This document shows positions 37,901 to 51,867 of a DNA stretch of 64,000 nt, one piece after another. Below the pieces are notes generated by a model, which saw only the letters and a program-made list of their open reading frames with translations, searched no databases and was not told where the DNA came from. Where the stretch lies: positions 12,214,001 through 12,278,000 of the forward strand of contig JBHGNT010000013.1 of assembly GCA_043228905.1 (NCBI GenBank), in the 5' to 3' direction. The stretch is from Azolla caroliniana (Eukaryota; Plantae; Polypodiophyta). The position numbers were made by a program, and so were the translations under genes. Position 1 is the first letter of the stretch, and every line of letters starts with the position of its first letter.

Positions 37901-38316
37901 TTTCAGGTCCTAATCCACAATCAGGGAAAAATCGTAGGTGGAATTTTTTTTCCAAAACTTTGTGCTCAAATGATTGAAGGTGTATATCACATATCCAACA
38001 TTTTCCAAAATATACAATAAAGGAGATATAGAGCCTACGTGTGTTACCCAAGAAATTTCAACAAGGTGAAAGCAAGCTTGGTGATAAGGTACGTCTCTGC
38101 TGCAGCATGGCCAAAATCATCCCTGAAAGAAGAGATACGAAAGGCATCTGAGATATTACTTTCAGTCTTACATCGCCTGCCTAGCAATGGAGACTTGGGT
38201 ACAAAGGATTTCTTCTCTCCTGAGGATTGATGAAGAATTTCTGATGCAGAATCAAGTGATGTGATTCGAAAGAGGCGCGGATGATCGCTCCGTGGATGCT
38301 GTTGGATGTATGCCAT
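34977..38316 (-). CDS. ICME: Isoprenylcysteine alpha-carbonyl methylesterase (ICME/ICMEL, alpha/beta hydrolase), 11 coding exons
   Basis: GT-AG exons at approx 38316-38048, 37686-37610, 37213-37144, 37053-36972, 36847-36773, 36663-36562, 36485-36306, 36231-36168, 36087-35947, 35316-35228, 35138-34977; motifs [63 protein letters not shown], ending SPF*; alternative in-frame ATG at 38367. Confidence 0.93.
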
Positions 38317-38869
38317 GGAAACTTTCAAAGAGCTCTGAAGATGATGTTGGCCCAGAATTTGGCTCATGAAAGGTCTTCGAATTAGTATTAGTATGTATGC
38401 TTTTGCTCGATCCTTTTTCAAAGGCAATCTACCACAAGAGGTCTGATCTCTCTTTTAGGGTCCCGAAGCTCTGATTACCATTTCTGGGTTGGTCCCAAGG
38501 GCCAAACTCTTGTCTTTTTTATTGGGTTCCAAATATACGATGAGCTTTTTTAGGGTTCGAAACTCTTGTTTCATGGGAGGAGGAATGTCAAGCACTAGTG
38601 GATTCCAAACTCAGATATTTTCGGTAGAATCCTTAAGCTCTGATCTTTTCCATTAATGGTGATATTCCAAACTCTGACACACACACACACACACTCTCTC
38701 TCTCTCTCTCTCCCTCCCTCCCTCTCTCTCTCCTTCTCCTTCTACTTTGTTAGAGTTAAAAACTGTGATTGGTATTATTCAAAATCTCTGTGCGAGTCTT
38801 TCCTACACAGATAGATAAAAGAAGATAATGGAGTGGGACATAGACAGCGATGATGACCTTGATTCGGCG

Positions 38870-38879
<10 letters not shown>

Positions 38880-38902
<23 letters not shown>

Positions 38903-39092
38903 GCAAAGAAAAAGCAGAAAAGCAGAAAAGCAGAAAGAGTTTTTTTTTTACTCTTCATGATTTCTACCCCGCCATTCAAGCAAGATTGCTGCAAGAACCT
39001 CTCTCTCTCTCTCTAGCAAAGAAAAAGCAGAAAAGCAAAAGGAGTTTTTTTTTTAGTCTCTCATGATTTCTACCCCGCCATTCAAGCAAGAA
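38880..39092. repeat. Tandem duplication (~100 bp, 2 copies) upstream of ICME
   Basis: (CT)n-AGCAAAGAAAAAGCAGAAAAGCA...TCATGATTTCTACCCCGCCATTCAAGCAAGA occurs twice. Confidence 0.8.
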
Positions 39093-39252
39093 CTTTTCTC
39101 TTCTGTTTATCTTTCTTCACCATGTCTATGTCTGTCTAACCATCCAATTTTAGAATCCGAGCTTTCCATTTTAAGCATCCATTTTGCTTTTCTTTTCTTT
39201 GAATTGGCTTTTCCTTTTCCATTGTGTCAAACACTCAGATGTGTTCTCAGAT

Positions 39253-39300
<48 letters not shown>

Positions 39301-40218
39301 TGTCTTATTCTCATGTACTTCGGGATGATATGCAACACTTAAGTTGATGTATCAGACACCTTCCGACAGATCACCACACCACGTTAACTGTTAAGGTGGA
39401 CAAAACAAAAATGATGGCAATTAAGGCAATACAACCAAGACACTACTCTAGTTCACGTACGGGAGAACCCGAAACATGTGGTGGTGCAACTCTTCAAATA
39501 TGTCTCATTGATAGATAGGTGGAATGTATCATGTTATGAGTCTAGACCTCGAGTAGGTTGGACTAACATTATTTTATGTTTGAGAATCGCCACAACCAAG
39601 AATGAGAAGTGAGATTGATGTTATTTTAATGCCATGGTTGTTCTATGTGTTACTTTCTTGAGTGGAAGTTTGCAATGGCACTATCTCACTTTGTGCATGG
39701 AGTGAATCTAGAGAAATTCTGGAAACATGTGTTTTTAATAGCATGACACTATCTCACTTAGTGGCATGCTATTAAGAAACATGTGTTGGCCCATAGAGGT
39801 ACCTAGAGTACATAAGTATATCACAAAAGTCAGTAGTATGCTTCATTGGTTGGGTGTATCAACTTTGATAAATATTTTTGTAATCTATTTTTTAAGATCT
39901 TTGTAAATATCTTAAACAATCATCCCATCAAAGAAATAGGTCGTTGATGATGAAATAATTTAGGTGATGCCACCTTTGAAACTAACTTAATCATACCAAC
40001 CTTCCATGATTAAGGCATATAACCAAAATCCCGACAAAGTTGAAACATCAAAGTTAAGGGCCCTTTTAAAACATTGGAACATCAATTAAAACTTCATTTG
40101 TCAAGACATCCCAACTAAGGATTTTTACCACTAGAAATATGCCTTAAGATCATGTCCACCTCATACTCTATGAAATTCGCATCCAATTCCTGACTAAACA
40201 AGTTGTGCATAATACATC

Positions 40219-40885
40219 TGTGAAAGTGTTTTTAGAATTCAAGGTATTAAACACTACAAGAATATAAGTTATGAAGCTTTCACATTTGGAGGTCAAGAAC
40301 ACGAACCAAGGTCTTGAGGATAAGTCAAACAAAAAGCAAGACACGTGGTGAAAAGTAAAAGAAGAAAAAAGTGGGCCACCAAAATACAGTCTGAAACGAA
40401 CGCTCATAACTCATTCTTTTAGAAGCCAAATATCATGTTCAAATATAGGTTGGAAAGGTTATGAAGAGAGCTATCCGTAGCTTTTTAAAGCTCTAAATTT
40501 GGAGCTTGGAAGAGGGAGATATGACGATTAGAAGATCGATGTGTCATAGCTAAGAATAGGAGATGAAAAACTCTAAAAAAAACATTAAAAAAAAAAGCAA
40601 GGGAAACTTATCTAGTGGAAGAGAACTTTATATAAAGCAAGAAGAGTAAGGTGGTAGGGGGTCTACTTCTTGTGGTGTTTTTCTTGCCTATTCATGTAGT
40701 GTGGTTGTGTTGTTATCCATATATCTTTGTAGACTTGGATTTATGTATCTTCTTTCTCTCTTCCTTCCATCATGATTATTCATTATCAATAGATCTTTGT
40801 GGTTTTGGATCTATATATCTTCCTTCTCTCTTCTTTCTATCATCTCTCTATCATTTTGGTGCTCCAGGGAGGGTCGATCCTTTCC
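40219..40885 (+). repeat. 5' LTR of element F (3' end approximate)
   Basis: Homologous to 61870-62479 and to the reverse complement of 62480-63127. Confidence 0.8.
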
Positions 40886-41446
40886 GTATAACGGGAGGAA
40901 CGGTTGTCCACTCATTGATGGTTGGATCTATCGATTCATCATCAAACTGATGGCAAGATATGGAGTTCGCGATGCGACAGATCTACGAAGAGAACTTTTC
41001 CAATTGTGTATGGTTTCATCAATGTGCTACCTTGAGTATGAGAATAGCAATGGGACCGGTTCGGTTTTTTGGCCTTGAAACCAAACCAAACCACTTATTA
41101 AGAAAAAAACCCAACCAAACCGTTTGAACATTTTGAAGCCATTTAAACCAAACCATTTTGAACCGAACCGTTTAAACTAAACCATTTAAGAAGTATGAGA
41201 AACCAAACCATTTGGGAACAATTTAAAACCAAACCAAAGCATTTACGAAAAAATCAGAACCAAACCAAAGCATTTACGAAAAAAACCAAACCAAACCACT
41301 TTAAGAAAATGTAACAAAAGACATTGCAACATCTAAACCAAAACCAGAGATTCGTTAGACATAATAAAGAAAGTAGACATTAGATAAACATAAAAACAAA
41401 ACCAAAGACAAATAATAATAAACTAAACGAATTAGAGAAAGAAAAA

Positions 41447-41601
41447 CAGAAATTTAGACATTTGAAATGTTTTTAGAACAAGAATACCATAATAAACAGA
41501 AATTTAGACATTTGAAATGTTTTAAGAAGAAGAATACCATAATAAACAGAAATTTAGACATTTGAAATGTTTTTAGAAGAAGAATACCATAATAAACAGA
41601 A
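41447..41601. repeat. 50-bp tandem repeat x3 inside the hAT element
   Basis: Unit ACAGAAATTTAGACATTTGAAATGTTTTWAGAASAAGAATACCATAATAA. Confidence 0.9.
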
Positions 41602-41930
41602 TTTTTTTGATAATAAAGTTTTGTTGAGAATGTATAGATAATACACAAAAAACTAAAAGTTTTTTGGAATGAAATCCTAGAGCTTATGACCAACAATCGA
41701 TCATATACAGTTCACGTCAGCATTTAAGTTTATATCCACCATTTACAACAAAGTTAAAAATATAAGAAAAATGTGAAAAACATCTACATAAACTAATGTT
41801 CCTCTTTTAGTTTCTAATGTTTACTTTCAGCTTGAATTACGGATTCCTGGAAGTATAAAATATGTAAAAGAAGTAATTAGTAATAATAAATAAAAATAAA
41901 TAAAAAGAAACAAATTCGTAAAAGTATGCA

Positions 41931-43650
41931 CTAAGAAATTACAATGTCTTCAGATCGTGAATTAGAAACAAGACTTTTATTGTGTACACCCATTAACCTC
42001 CAAATTTTAGAGTTATTATCAATAGGTTGTATTGTGGTTGAAGGTGGCTCAACACCACTTGAGAATGAGTGGTAATGGGACTCAATCATGCCTTCAACCA
42101 GCTTAATATCTAACTCTCTTTCGATATGGCCATTTGGAATAGGCAATCTATAAAGGAATGAAAAATATTATTAAACTCAAATAAAATATTAGAAAGCATG
42201 AAGACAATTGTAAAACTTAAAGGAAAGTATTACCTGGGATCAAGAAACATTGCAATGCGCGATGGAATAGACTTTAACGATTCTTGATACTTAATTAAAT
42301 ATTGTAAGCAGTTCTCAGATGCTTTTTGAAGCACCTCTTGTGTGAATCTAGATGATCCCGGAAAGGAAGAATCTAAAAACTGATTACAATGATTAAGTAA
42401 ACAATTATGTAGGATATCTTGATCCTCCTAGAAAGGTAGAAACCTCTGCAGGTGTTTCTAACCATTCCTCCATAGCATGTATGTGACTCCAATCTTCTAC
42501 GGTCAAGATATAACCATTGAAATCACTTGAAATTGTTAGATCTGAAATTGTAAAATTCAATATATCTCTATCCTTGATAGCTTGCCTAAACATCTCCAAA
42601 GTAGAATTCCATCTTGTAACAACATCAAGCCTTGGAGGTTCCATTTCACGATGTTCAACCATCTTAGCATACTTCCTAAACACTTCCCTTCGAACCTTGC
42701 TAGATCTAATAGTTTGGAGCACTGTTCTCAACTTTTCCGTTGAGGGTGAGATAATCTCTAATGCTGACTTGATGCCCAATTGAAAAGTGTGCACCATACA
42801 CCTTAACATGTGTGAGGGAGCTAAAATTTCCTTACCATGCTCATTTTGTAACAACATGCTCAATTCCGTTGCAGCCATTTGTGCATCACTAGCTCCATAA
42901 AAAATTGTAGCTAATAATCGACTTGAAATATTAAAAGACCCAAGTCAACAAAAGAGGGCATGTGCACAACGTTTCCCTGATCCAGCACTTGGAAATACAT
43001 ACACAAAATCCAATAGCATGGACCTTGATCTTGTTGTCTCGTGACATGCCCAATGAAGTGTCACCGAGTAGAAGCCCTTTAGACTACTATTTGACCAACC
43101 ATCAAAAGTAATAGAAAATCTTGATTGACTTTTTGATAACAAAACTATCACTTGATGGCGCAACACCACATACATTTCTAAGATGGAACGTTTAATCGTG
43201 CACCTTGTCTTCATCTGATATCCAGGTACAAGGTCGTGTACGAACTCTTTAAATGCATATGATTCCACATGTGCATGGGGCAAAGTTCCCTCAACAATGT
43301 ACCTCGTGACGAAACAATCAATTTTCTTCTCTAAAACACGAGATACTTTAGTAGACTCTATAGAAGATTGAATAATCTTCGAAATACCTGAATTTTGATT
43401 TGGTTCGTCTGATAGATGATGTTTTTCCGTTAAATGCTTAGCTATAGTACTTGTGGATGTTTTTGAAGACCAACAAACATGACAATGATGGCATCATCGT
43501 CGAGGTGTGCCATTATCCATATAAGATATGATGTGAGCATTTGTCCATGATGAACGTTGCCTTTTTCATGACATGCTTGTTTGCCCATGGCTAACATTAA
43601 TTGATGATGAGTTCATCGTTGCATGAGTTTGAGAAGATGATTCCATTTAA
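41931..43650 (-). pseudogene. hAT transposase, degenerate
   Basis: BED-like CHHC...STSTIAKHL..KH, SITFDGWS, RCMVHTFQL, LDVVTRWNST, AMFLDP; stops and frameshifts. Confidence 0.88.
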
Positions 43651-46600
43651 TGTTGTCCCTATAAAACATAAAAAAAGAAAGCATAGTTATGTACATAATA
43701 CACATATTTTGTCCATAAGATAGTAACTACCATGACTATGACTCATATATGCATGGTTGCATCCACTTATTAATAGCAATAGTAAATAGCATTGTATGTA
43801 CTGAGCAAATACAATACAAACAAGTTAAAAAGCTCACAAAAACGAGTGTGCGTTCAAATGTCAAATACCTCTAGAGTGGTAATTGGGTTGCTAACCTCTA
43901 CAAATTTGGCCCAATACTGGAATTGACTTATTAACCTCCAAAATTCCCATCTATGGCCAGTCACAAACCGCTCGCTATCCCATGCCTTGCTTAAATGGTC
44001 CCAAAAAATGGATGTAGTTTAACTTCTAGAAGGTCATCTATGGTCTAGAATAAAACCCCTTAATACCCCAAGAGACAGAGAACTCAAGCAAACCAATTCG
44101 GCTCTAAAGCCCCATCTATGCCAAGTGTGTGGAATTTGGTTAACTCAAGAAACAAACTAGAATTGGGTTGAAAGATCTTTAAAAAACCATCTATGCCAGG
44201 TACACACCTTAAGATTCATTGGCAAAACACGAAATTCAAAATTGCATAAGGGTTGAAATCTTGACAATGTAACATGGTAGGCAAGGTAATCTGATATGTT
44301 AGAGTGGGTTCAGCTAGAAAAACCCTGTTATAGTAGACGACAAAATTGAGCTGAGCTCTAGTAACCCATCGATGTTATGAATGCCTAAGGAGTCTTCGAT
44401 CAGTCTAATGTTCCAATGAACGTAATTATCTAGGCAAACGATGCAACTTGATCTGTCTCTGGGACGCAACTGTAACCAAGTTTGCCTGAAGGCCAAAGAG
44501 GAATGTGTCTATCCTCTTGTTGGCCAAAACTGTGATGCCCTTCAACAACACGTAATCAGCTATAGCAGCCCATTTACACACATAGAACTGGGTAATCCTC
44601 TCCATGATGATCCAAATGGATTGTGAATGAATTGATTGCTTGATTAGAATTCACCTCAATTGATGATCCAAAGGATTGTGAATGAATTATTTGCTCAAAT
44701 GTACTTCATCTCGATGACAATCTAAAAAGATTGAGAACGAAGTTATTGGCCTCATTTACATTAAATTAATGCAACAAGGTACAAATATGGGACTCCGACT
44801 GATTCTAGGATGATGAATTTCTAGAGCTACTAAAAATGTCCTCCAATGGTGTCACACAAGCATCATCATCATTATGTAACACTTTTCGAGACTTACAACA
44901 ACTCTAGTTATTGGGTTGATGGAATGTATTCAATGAATAGTAGAAGAGTTTTGTTTAGATCGTTTAACATAACCAGTCATCATCCAACTGATTCACTTGT
45001 AAGAAAAACATGTAAACCTAAACAACTTTTGATACAAAGAGGTAAGGTAAAGTCCATGACTAAAATCCTTAAGACATTGCCTTTTCTTCATATAAACAAG
45101 GACACCAGCACCATTGTAATTGCAGGGCTTTTTGAATGAGCTCAAAGAGTTCCTTGCTTTCGTATCTATCTAAGAGAAACCTATACATGAACTTATTTGT
45201 TGTAGGGTGTTGAATGATGGATTGATCATCAGGCACCCATAAGGAACCTTGAGGACTAAATGCATTAAGTCCATCTAATGGATTAAAAAATCAAGTTCTC
45301 CTTGACAAAATTGCCAAATGGTTTGACTACAAGAATGGAAATAATTATGACAAAACAAAATGAAGTTTCTTCCATGGAGAGTATCGCAGAAAGCATAGGA
45401 TACTTGCAAGGGAAACATATGAATTATCCCTTAATTAATCACAACCATAGCAGTGGTCACCACTGCTGGATGATGATGGTAACATCTGTTTTCAATGACA
45501 TTGTAACAAATCATTGGGTAAAATGCAGCAAACAATATGTAACGGAACTAGTTACTGATCCTGAAAGTGGAAGAGAAGACAATATATTTTCTACCAGTAT
45601 CATCCTAGAAATTAAACTAATGATTAGTGCATTATTCAGTAATCATGCAACAAACATGAAATCATGTGATGCTCCTTGATATCATGTGATGTACATACCC
45701 ATCCACAATGAATGCATGCATTCTGGTATACCAAAAACATTCAAAGGAAAGAGCATACACATGTTCTAAGATATCATGGGAAGTATAGCAATACATACCT
45801 GTGTAACGTGTTATAGTAGATTGTAAACTATAGTAGGAACTTTGAAGAGGACTAGGGAGTCAGGACTCAGGAGTTAGGAGTTAGGATGAGGACCGAGGTA
45901 GTGCAACAGAGAGTATACAGTCTGTGAAGGTGTGCAGAAAAGAGAGTCAAGAGGCAAGAGTCAATACTTAGAATTTAGGATTATTATTTTTAAATCTAAA
46001 AACCTGAAAACGAAACCTTTAAACCGAAACCGATAAACTTATAAGCCTTTAAACCGCTAACTCCAAAAACCGAACCAAACCGAATCGTATACTATGAAAT
46101 CAAACCAAACTAATTATTTAACTTTAAACCGATAAACCATTAAGCCATGGCTTAGCGGTTCAGTTCGGTTCAACCTGAAATCGGGCCCATTGCTATATGA
46201 GAAGACGTTTTTGGATATATGGTCCACTTGGATTTGACTTGTTGGAGGCGTTGAAGATGTATACTTCAAGATGCAAAGATTCAAAGCAGGGCTAGATCCA
46301 TATTTTCAATATGAAGTGCATATGAAGTACCCAAGGTTTTCCCATGATTTGCTTCGAGTATGTCAAAGTTATGATCAACAATTGAAGAAGTTGTTATTCG
46401 GTAAAGCATATGGAGTATCGACGTCATATACCATAAATCCAAGCTATAATAATTGTGGATCGGTCATGAGCCAACAACCAGAATACTTGCAATGTCTGAT
46501 TCAACAAGTTCCCTCATATCATTATTCTAATTTTTGGAGTTATAATAATGTTTATGAAGGTGATTCTAGAGACAAGAAGAAGAGGTGATGAATGTGGAGT

Positions 46601-47961
46601 TCCCCCATATAGTTCATGAGGACAACCATGATATAAAGAATGATGATGTGAAAGACGAATCCAAGGAGATTGTTATGAGAAGCGATGCTATGGATGGTGA
46701 TGCCAATGTACATCATGTTGAGGACATTATTGATACAACAAGAGATATGGTGGTTGATGATAAATATGTGCAAGATGAAATGGAAGATATGACAGAAAAA
46801 GTTGTTGATGGTGAAGTACCCACAAGGGAGTTGCAAGATGAAGAAGGTAACCTGGAAGTGATAGCTGGAGATTGGTTTTTGGAGATCAATGAGTATAAGG
46901 AAGCATTGGTAAGTGCCAAGTTGTAGTGTATGAAGGTGTTCATGCAAGATTTGTGTTTTGGATTTGCAATGAGTAGCAACAAAGTTATGTGGGCATCAAC
47001 TCTTCAACAACAATTTGATCAGAAACCAAGAGAATTACTTGTAATGCATGATTGGAGTATCATGAACTTATCACCATCACAGGATCCACCACAACTAATC
47101 AAATGTATAAAGGAGAAGGAATCATCTATCGACAATGGCAATCAAGAAGAGGAAATCATAACAATTGATGAATCTTTGTGGGATAGGGAAAACAAATCAT
47201 TCCACATGGCGTCTAAGGAGGAAGAAGAAGTCATTGAAGAGAAAAGTATTATCACCCTAAAGGGGAAAAAGAAGATGATTTCAAACGATGTCCAAGGAGA
47301 AGAGGATCTAAGGTTTATTTCTCTTCTTTTTAAGTTTCTAAAGTTATTCATAAACGACTATTCACAAATAAGAGTAGAAGGCATCAAGCACCACATCAAG
47401 TTGGAGGATTTGAAGTTTGTCTCACCTATTGTTGTGGTTCCAAAGGAGAAAGACATCAACTTCCAACCCTTTAATGATTCAACCAAACGAGATCTATTTT
47501 TGCTTCCTTTTCGAGATGACATTATAGATGAAATGGTCAAACATACAAAACAAGGTAGTGTGGAGAATGTCATGTTCCAAGAAGGAATTCACGTGGAATC
47601 AAAGATCAAAGTAATTCAAAAGGTGACAACTCCAACAAGTCTCACAACTTTGAAGGTGTTTGTGCAAAAGGTTCGCTCGCTCAAAAGGTTTATTCATATG
47701 TTGACATGCTTACTTCTCTCAAGAGCTATGTATCACATGACCCTACTCGTGTTTGGAGAGTTGACAAAGGCATAGTAATTGTGGTAACCTCTTTCTTTGT
47801 GTTGACAAGGAGAAAGATGGCGATGGCAATTGTCAATGTGTGTGTGGGTGTGTGTCTAGGAGTGTGAGGATTTTCCTACCGACTAGCGGGGGTTTTACTC
47901 ACATAATTTGTTTCTTTTTATTTATTCCCTCCTTTGTCTATAGCCATGAATAAGGCGAAGG

Positions 47962-47997
47962 AACACGTTCGCGTTCACAAGTGGAAGGATCGCGCAT
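47962..47997 (+). repeat. Left TIR
   Basis: AACACGTTCGCGTTCACAAGTGGAAGGATCGCGCAT. Confidence 0.92.
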
Positions 47998-48319
47998 AAA
48001 TGGAAGGATAAGGGAAATTTTAGGGGTTTTTCAATGATTTTACAAAACACATTGATACCAGTATCATACATGTTCAAACATACTATGAAAAAGGTTAAAA
48101 ATCCACTATTTTCGTGATTTAGAAGTAACTAAAAAAAGACGAATTTCAAAAAGATACATTCTCAATTTATATCACAAACTTTACAACCAATGTTATTTTA
48201 TAAGAAACGATTTTTTAGAAATCATAAGAATTCAAAACACATGCTTTTATATTACTCGATTTGTTACAAGCGGAATGTAGTTACACTTAATAGCCAAATA
48301 TACATTCATGATCACTCCT

Positions 48320-51100
48320 TTACGGAGAATCACTACTATAACTAATATACAATGATGATTCCTCCTCATCATCCTCGGATGTACCAATCAGTGCATTATC
48401 TTCGTCATAAACCAAATGGTTTGACTCTAGATTATATGTAGCAGATCTCATTTGCCATTGACTCGAGCCACCTTGTAGACCTGGTAATTTTTCTTTTATT
48501 ATATCTATTGTTGACTTCCTTAATCGTCCGGCTTTTGTAAGTGTGAAGTCGTACATGATGATATCCACATCAGAGATATCAAGGGTCGAGGTGTTACAAA
48601 TGTTTCGCTTCCTCTTCCTACCTCCCCTTCTTGTTGGGCATTCAATCATCTCCAATGTATACTTACCTATAAAAGCATTTGCACTTCTAGTGTTGTACCA
48701 ATGAACATTTATAGACTTGATCGTGTTTTCTATTTCATGCATTAGCACTTCTAGAATTTTACCAACCCAAAATTGGTGGCCATGTGAGTTCTCATCAGCC
48801 GGCGTTGCAATCAACATCCCCGCGGTGAGCTCTTGCAAATTGCCTTGCCATCTAGCTTCGGCTGCTTTGGTCATCCTTGGTCCCACATAAATGTCTCTTT
48901 GTTGTGGATGGACCAAGTTGTCATTAATCGCATTTACTAGTTGCTCCGGAGTTCTATTTACGCGATCATGTTGCAGCAACCATGTGAATGGCGTTTCCAA
49001 ATTCCAATTATCAACAGATACACAATTGTCTATAATTTCTTTCTGATCACTATAAAATACATCCCACCATGACGTGTCTTGTTGTGCGGCATATTTCTTG
49101 GCGGCCTCAATATGCTTTCTTTTTTCTTCTAAGGCTTGGAGCCATGACCGTTTTTGTTCTGATACCAAGTCGCTCTGCAACTGTCCTTTCTTCTCAATTG
49201 GCATTTGCTTAGCTCCATGGACAATTGTACTCGGCATACAAAGTAATAACTGGCAACCACCTTCAGGTTCCCATGTTGTAGAAGATGAATATTGTTTAGC
49301 ATACAAAAGTGTAGAACCACTTATTCCATTTTTCTTTATCATAAAAATGTGATTGAAACTTATATTGTTTAACTGAGCAAGCACTTTAACATTCCCACCA
49401 CCCCCATCTAATATATATCTCTTAAAGTCATATAGCTCCTTCAAGTGTAACACTTTTGGGCGTGGTGTATAAGCATCACAAATGACATCAAATAGTTTAG
49501 GTAAAGTGAAAGCATCATGCCGAGACAACTGTCTGGAGAATGTGCTAAACATCTGATCTATATGGTCATGTGTGTGGCCAACCAAAAGGAAATTGACTTT
49601 CACTTTCCTAAACAATTCTAGGTTGACCAACATACTTAGATAGCCAAATACAGTTGAATTTTTGTTCTCTCTAGCAGTATTGTCCAATTGAATGTATAGA
49701 ACAGGGGGGAAAGGTTGGCCCCAAGACATCAAAACTCAGTGAATCACTGTAACTATTAGGTTAGGGTCATTGTGAACATTGGGGTAAGTAATGAAGACGT
49801 GAGGTCGAACAGACCTATTATAAGCCAAGCATCCCACCAAGTGCATTTGAACAAGGCACTCATCATTGACATCTTTGGGGAGCCTCTGCATATGCGGCAA
49901 GCATGTCTTCTTCTGGTCCATGCCATCTATCATTAAGCACATGTATTGTTCGGGCCTCTTCAAACACTTCTCTCTATGATGCATCGCCTTCTTTCATTCT
50001 AAGGATTGTGCCTCACGATGCTCTTGTAGTAACTTCTTACTCGTATCCTTTTCCATTGATGTCTTTGCACCTTTAGCCAAACTTTTAAGATTTGCACAAA
50101 TGGAGCAATACCCCATACGTACTTTACGAGGAATAATAACATTTGAAAACCAAGCTCTCCATAATCTTGTGAATTGGCTATAGGTGATAGACTTATTACG
50201 TGAGCCCAGCATATCAAATCGATAGACATCATAAACTTCCCGACGTGTATAATTATCAGAAAGATGCATCCTACCTGTAGTGGGCATTACTTCACAATTT
50301 AACTGAAAGTAAGTTTTCATCCAACCAATAGCATGTCTTCCAATTGCACCTTTCATACTTGGAACCTCTTTACAATTGAGCATCTGATCCCCGCTAAGTA
50401 GGCGTTGTTGTACTCTATGTAGCCGCATGTTACTAACACATAACGCAATTTTGAATGCAACTCTACATATCTGTTGCGCATGGAAGATATAATACTCGAA
50501 TGATACTTTGATCCCCGTACATTTGTCAGATACTAGTTGCATATGTGACCCGAGGTAAGTGTCTTGCTCATCACCGGTCATCGAAAAATAGTATCGCCTT
50601 AATTCTCGCAACTTTGATTTTCCAATCATAGACATACAACCACGGGCACAACATATTTTTTTGACATCAAATCCAATCTGTTTATCTGATGTCACCAAGC
50701 TAAATCTAGCCAGACGAATTCTTCGTGGGATTCTTCTAATATGCATAGGGCTCCCAGATTTCTCTTCCTGCATAGAGGTTGGTGTAACCTTGTTACAGTC
50801 TAATTCTCTGTTGTGACCATCGCCAATGTTATTCAATGTTTCCTGGGCACTACCTTCATTCTCCGTATCTTTATTAATATCGTATTCTTCAATAGAGAAC
50901 TCTTCACATGTGTCATTATTTACATTCCCTGTAGATGAGCTCAGACAATATTCTTCGATAGAATATGGTGAGTCAGTCGACAGACAATATTCTTCAATCG
51001 AATATGGTGACTCTGTTGACAAACAATACTCTTCAGTAGAAAACGATGGGTCTAATGACAAACAATATTCTTCAATCGAGAACGGTGAATCTTCACTCAT
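48320..51100 (-). pseudogene. Sola-like DDD transposase, ~925 codons, two in-frame TGA stops
   Basis: Three ORF-track pieces are in one frame (stops at 49994 and 49736); motifs CSIC..H, IDGMDQ, LYIQLDNTARENKN, FLLVGHTHDHIDQMFS; family name from recalled motif similarity plus the 4-bp TSD. Confidence 0.8.
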
Positions 51101-51810
51101 GGCTTAAGGTCTAGATAGGGCTCTCTAAGTTATGTGCTTAGGGTAAGGAAAAAAACTACTAAGCTCCTCTCTAAACATATACTCCTCTCTAAACATAAAC
51201 TTCTCTCTAAACAAAAGCCAAATAAATAGAATGTCTATATTATGTAATATTCTATTAATACAATACATCAAAAAATTATTTTTAATAAAGTAATTGTACT
51301 TAAAATATCAATTATTATATAAACTACATCTATATGAAGTTAAATCAAGTATAATATAAAACTAATCATTAACAAGCCATGAATATGTTGGATTAATGTT
51401 AAAATCATTGGCTAATTAATGGCACCCATTTTGATATAGAACGTCTCACTCATTGGTTCTTTAATGCTCACCATTTTAAATATTAGACTTATCAATCATT
51501 GGTTAATTCATGCCAACATCTTTAATACACAGCATTTGAGAGTCATAAAAATTGTTGCTTTTAGTAATCAATCATTGGTACATTCATGAACCTCTATCAT
51601 TGTCTCCTTCATGACCTTTGAAGTCATTGCAGGTTGTTATGACCATAGTTCTAGCCTTACGTCCCATTCGTGTCATACTCAAACGCCAATATTCGTATCA
51701 TACTCATACGTGAAAAGGCTCCAAGTATGATTGAAATCCATACGCGGTACATAGATATATTATATATACATATGGTGTATATGGTGTACATAGTGTGTGT
51801 GTGTGTGAGG

Positions 51811-51813
<3 letters not shown>

Positions 51814-51865
<52 letters not shown>
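51814..51865. repeat. (GA)n microsatellite
   Basis: Long GA run preceded by GT repeats. Confidence 0.9.

Positions 51866-51867
<2 letters not shown>

Larger units (their letters stand above)
41045..46195 (-). mobile_element. hAT DNA transposon
   Basis: TIRs TAGCAATGGG(A/C)CCG, perfect 8-bp TSD TATGAGAA (41037-41044 and 46196-46203), dense subterminal AAACC(A/G) motifs at both ends. Confidence 0.93.
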
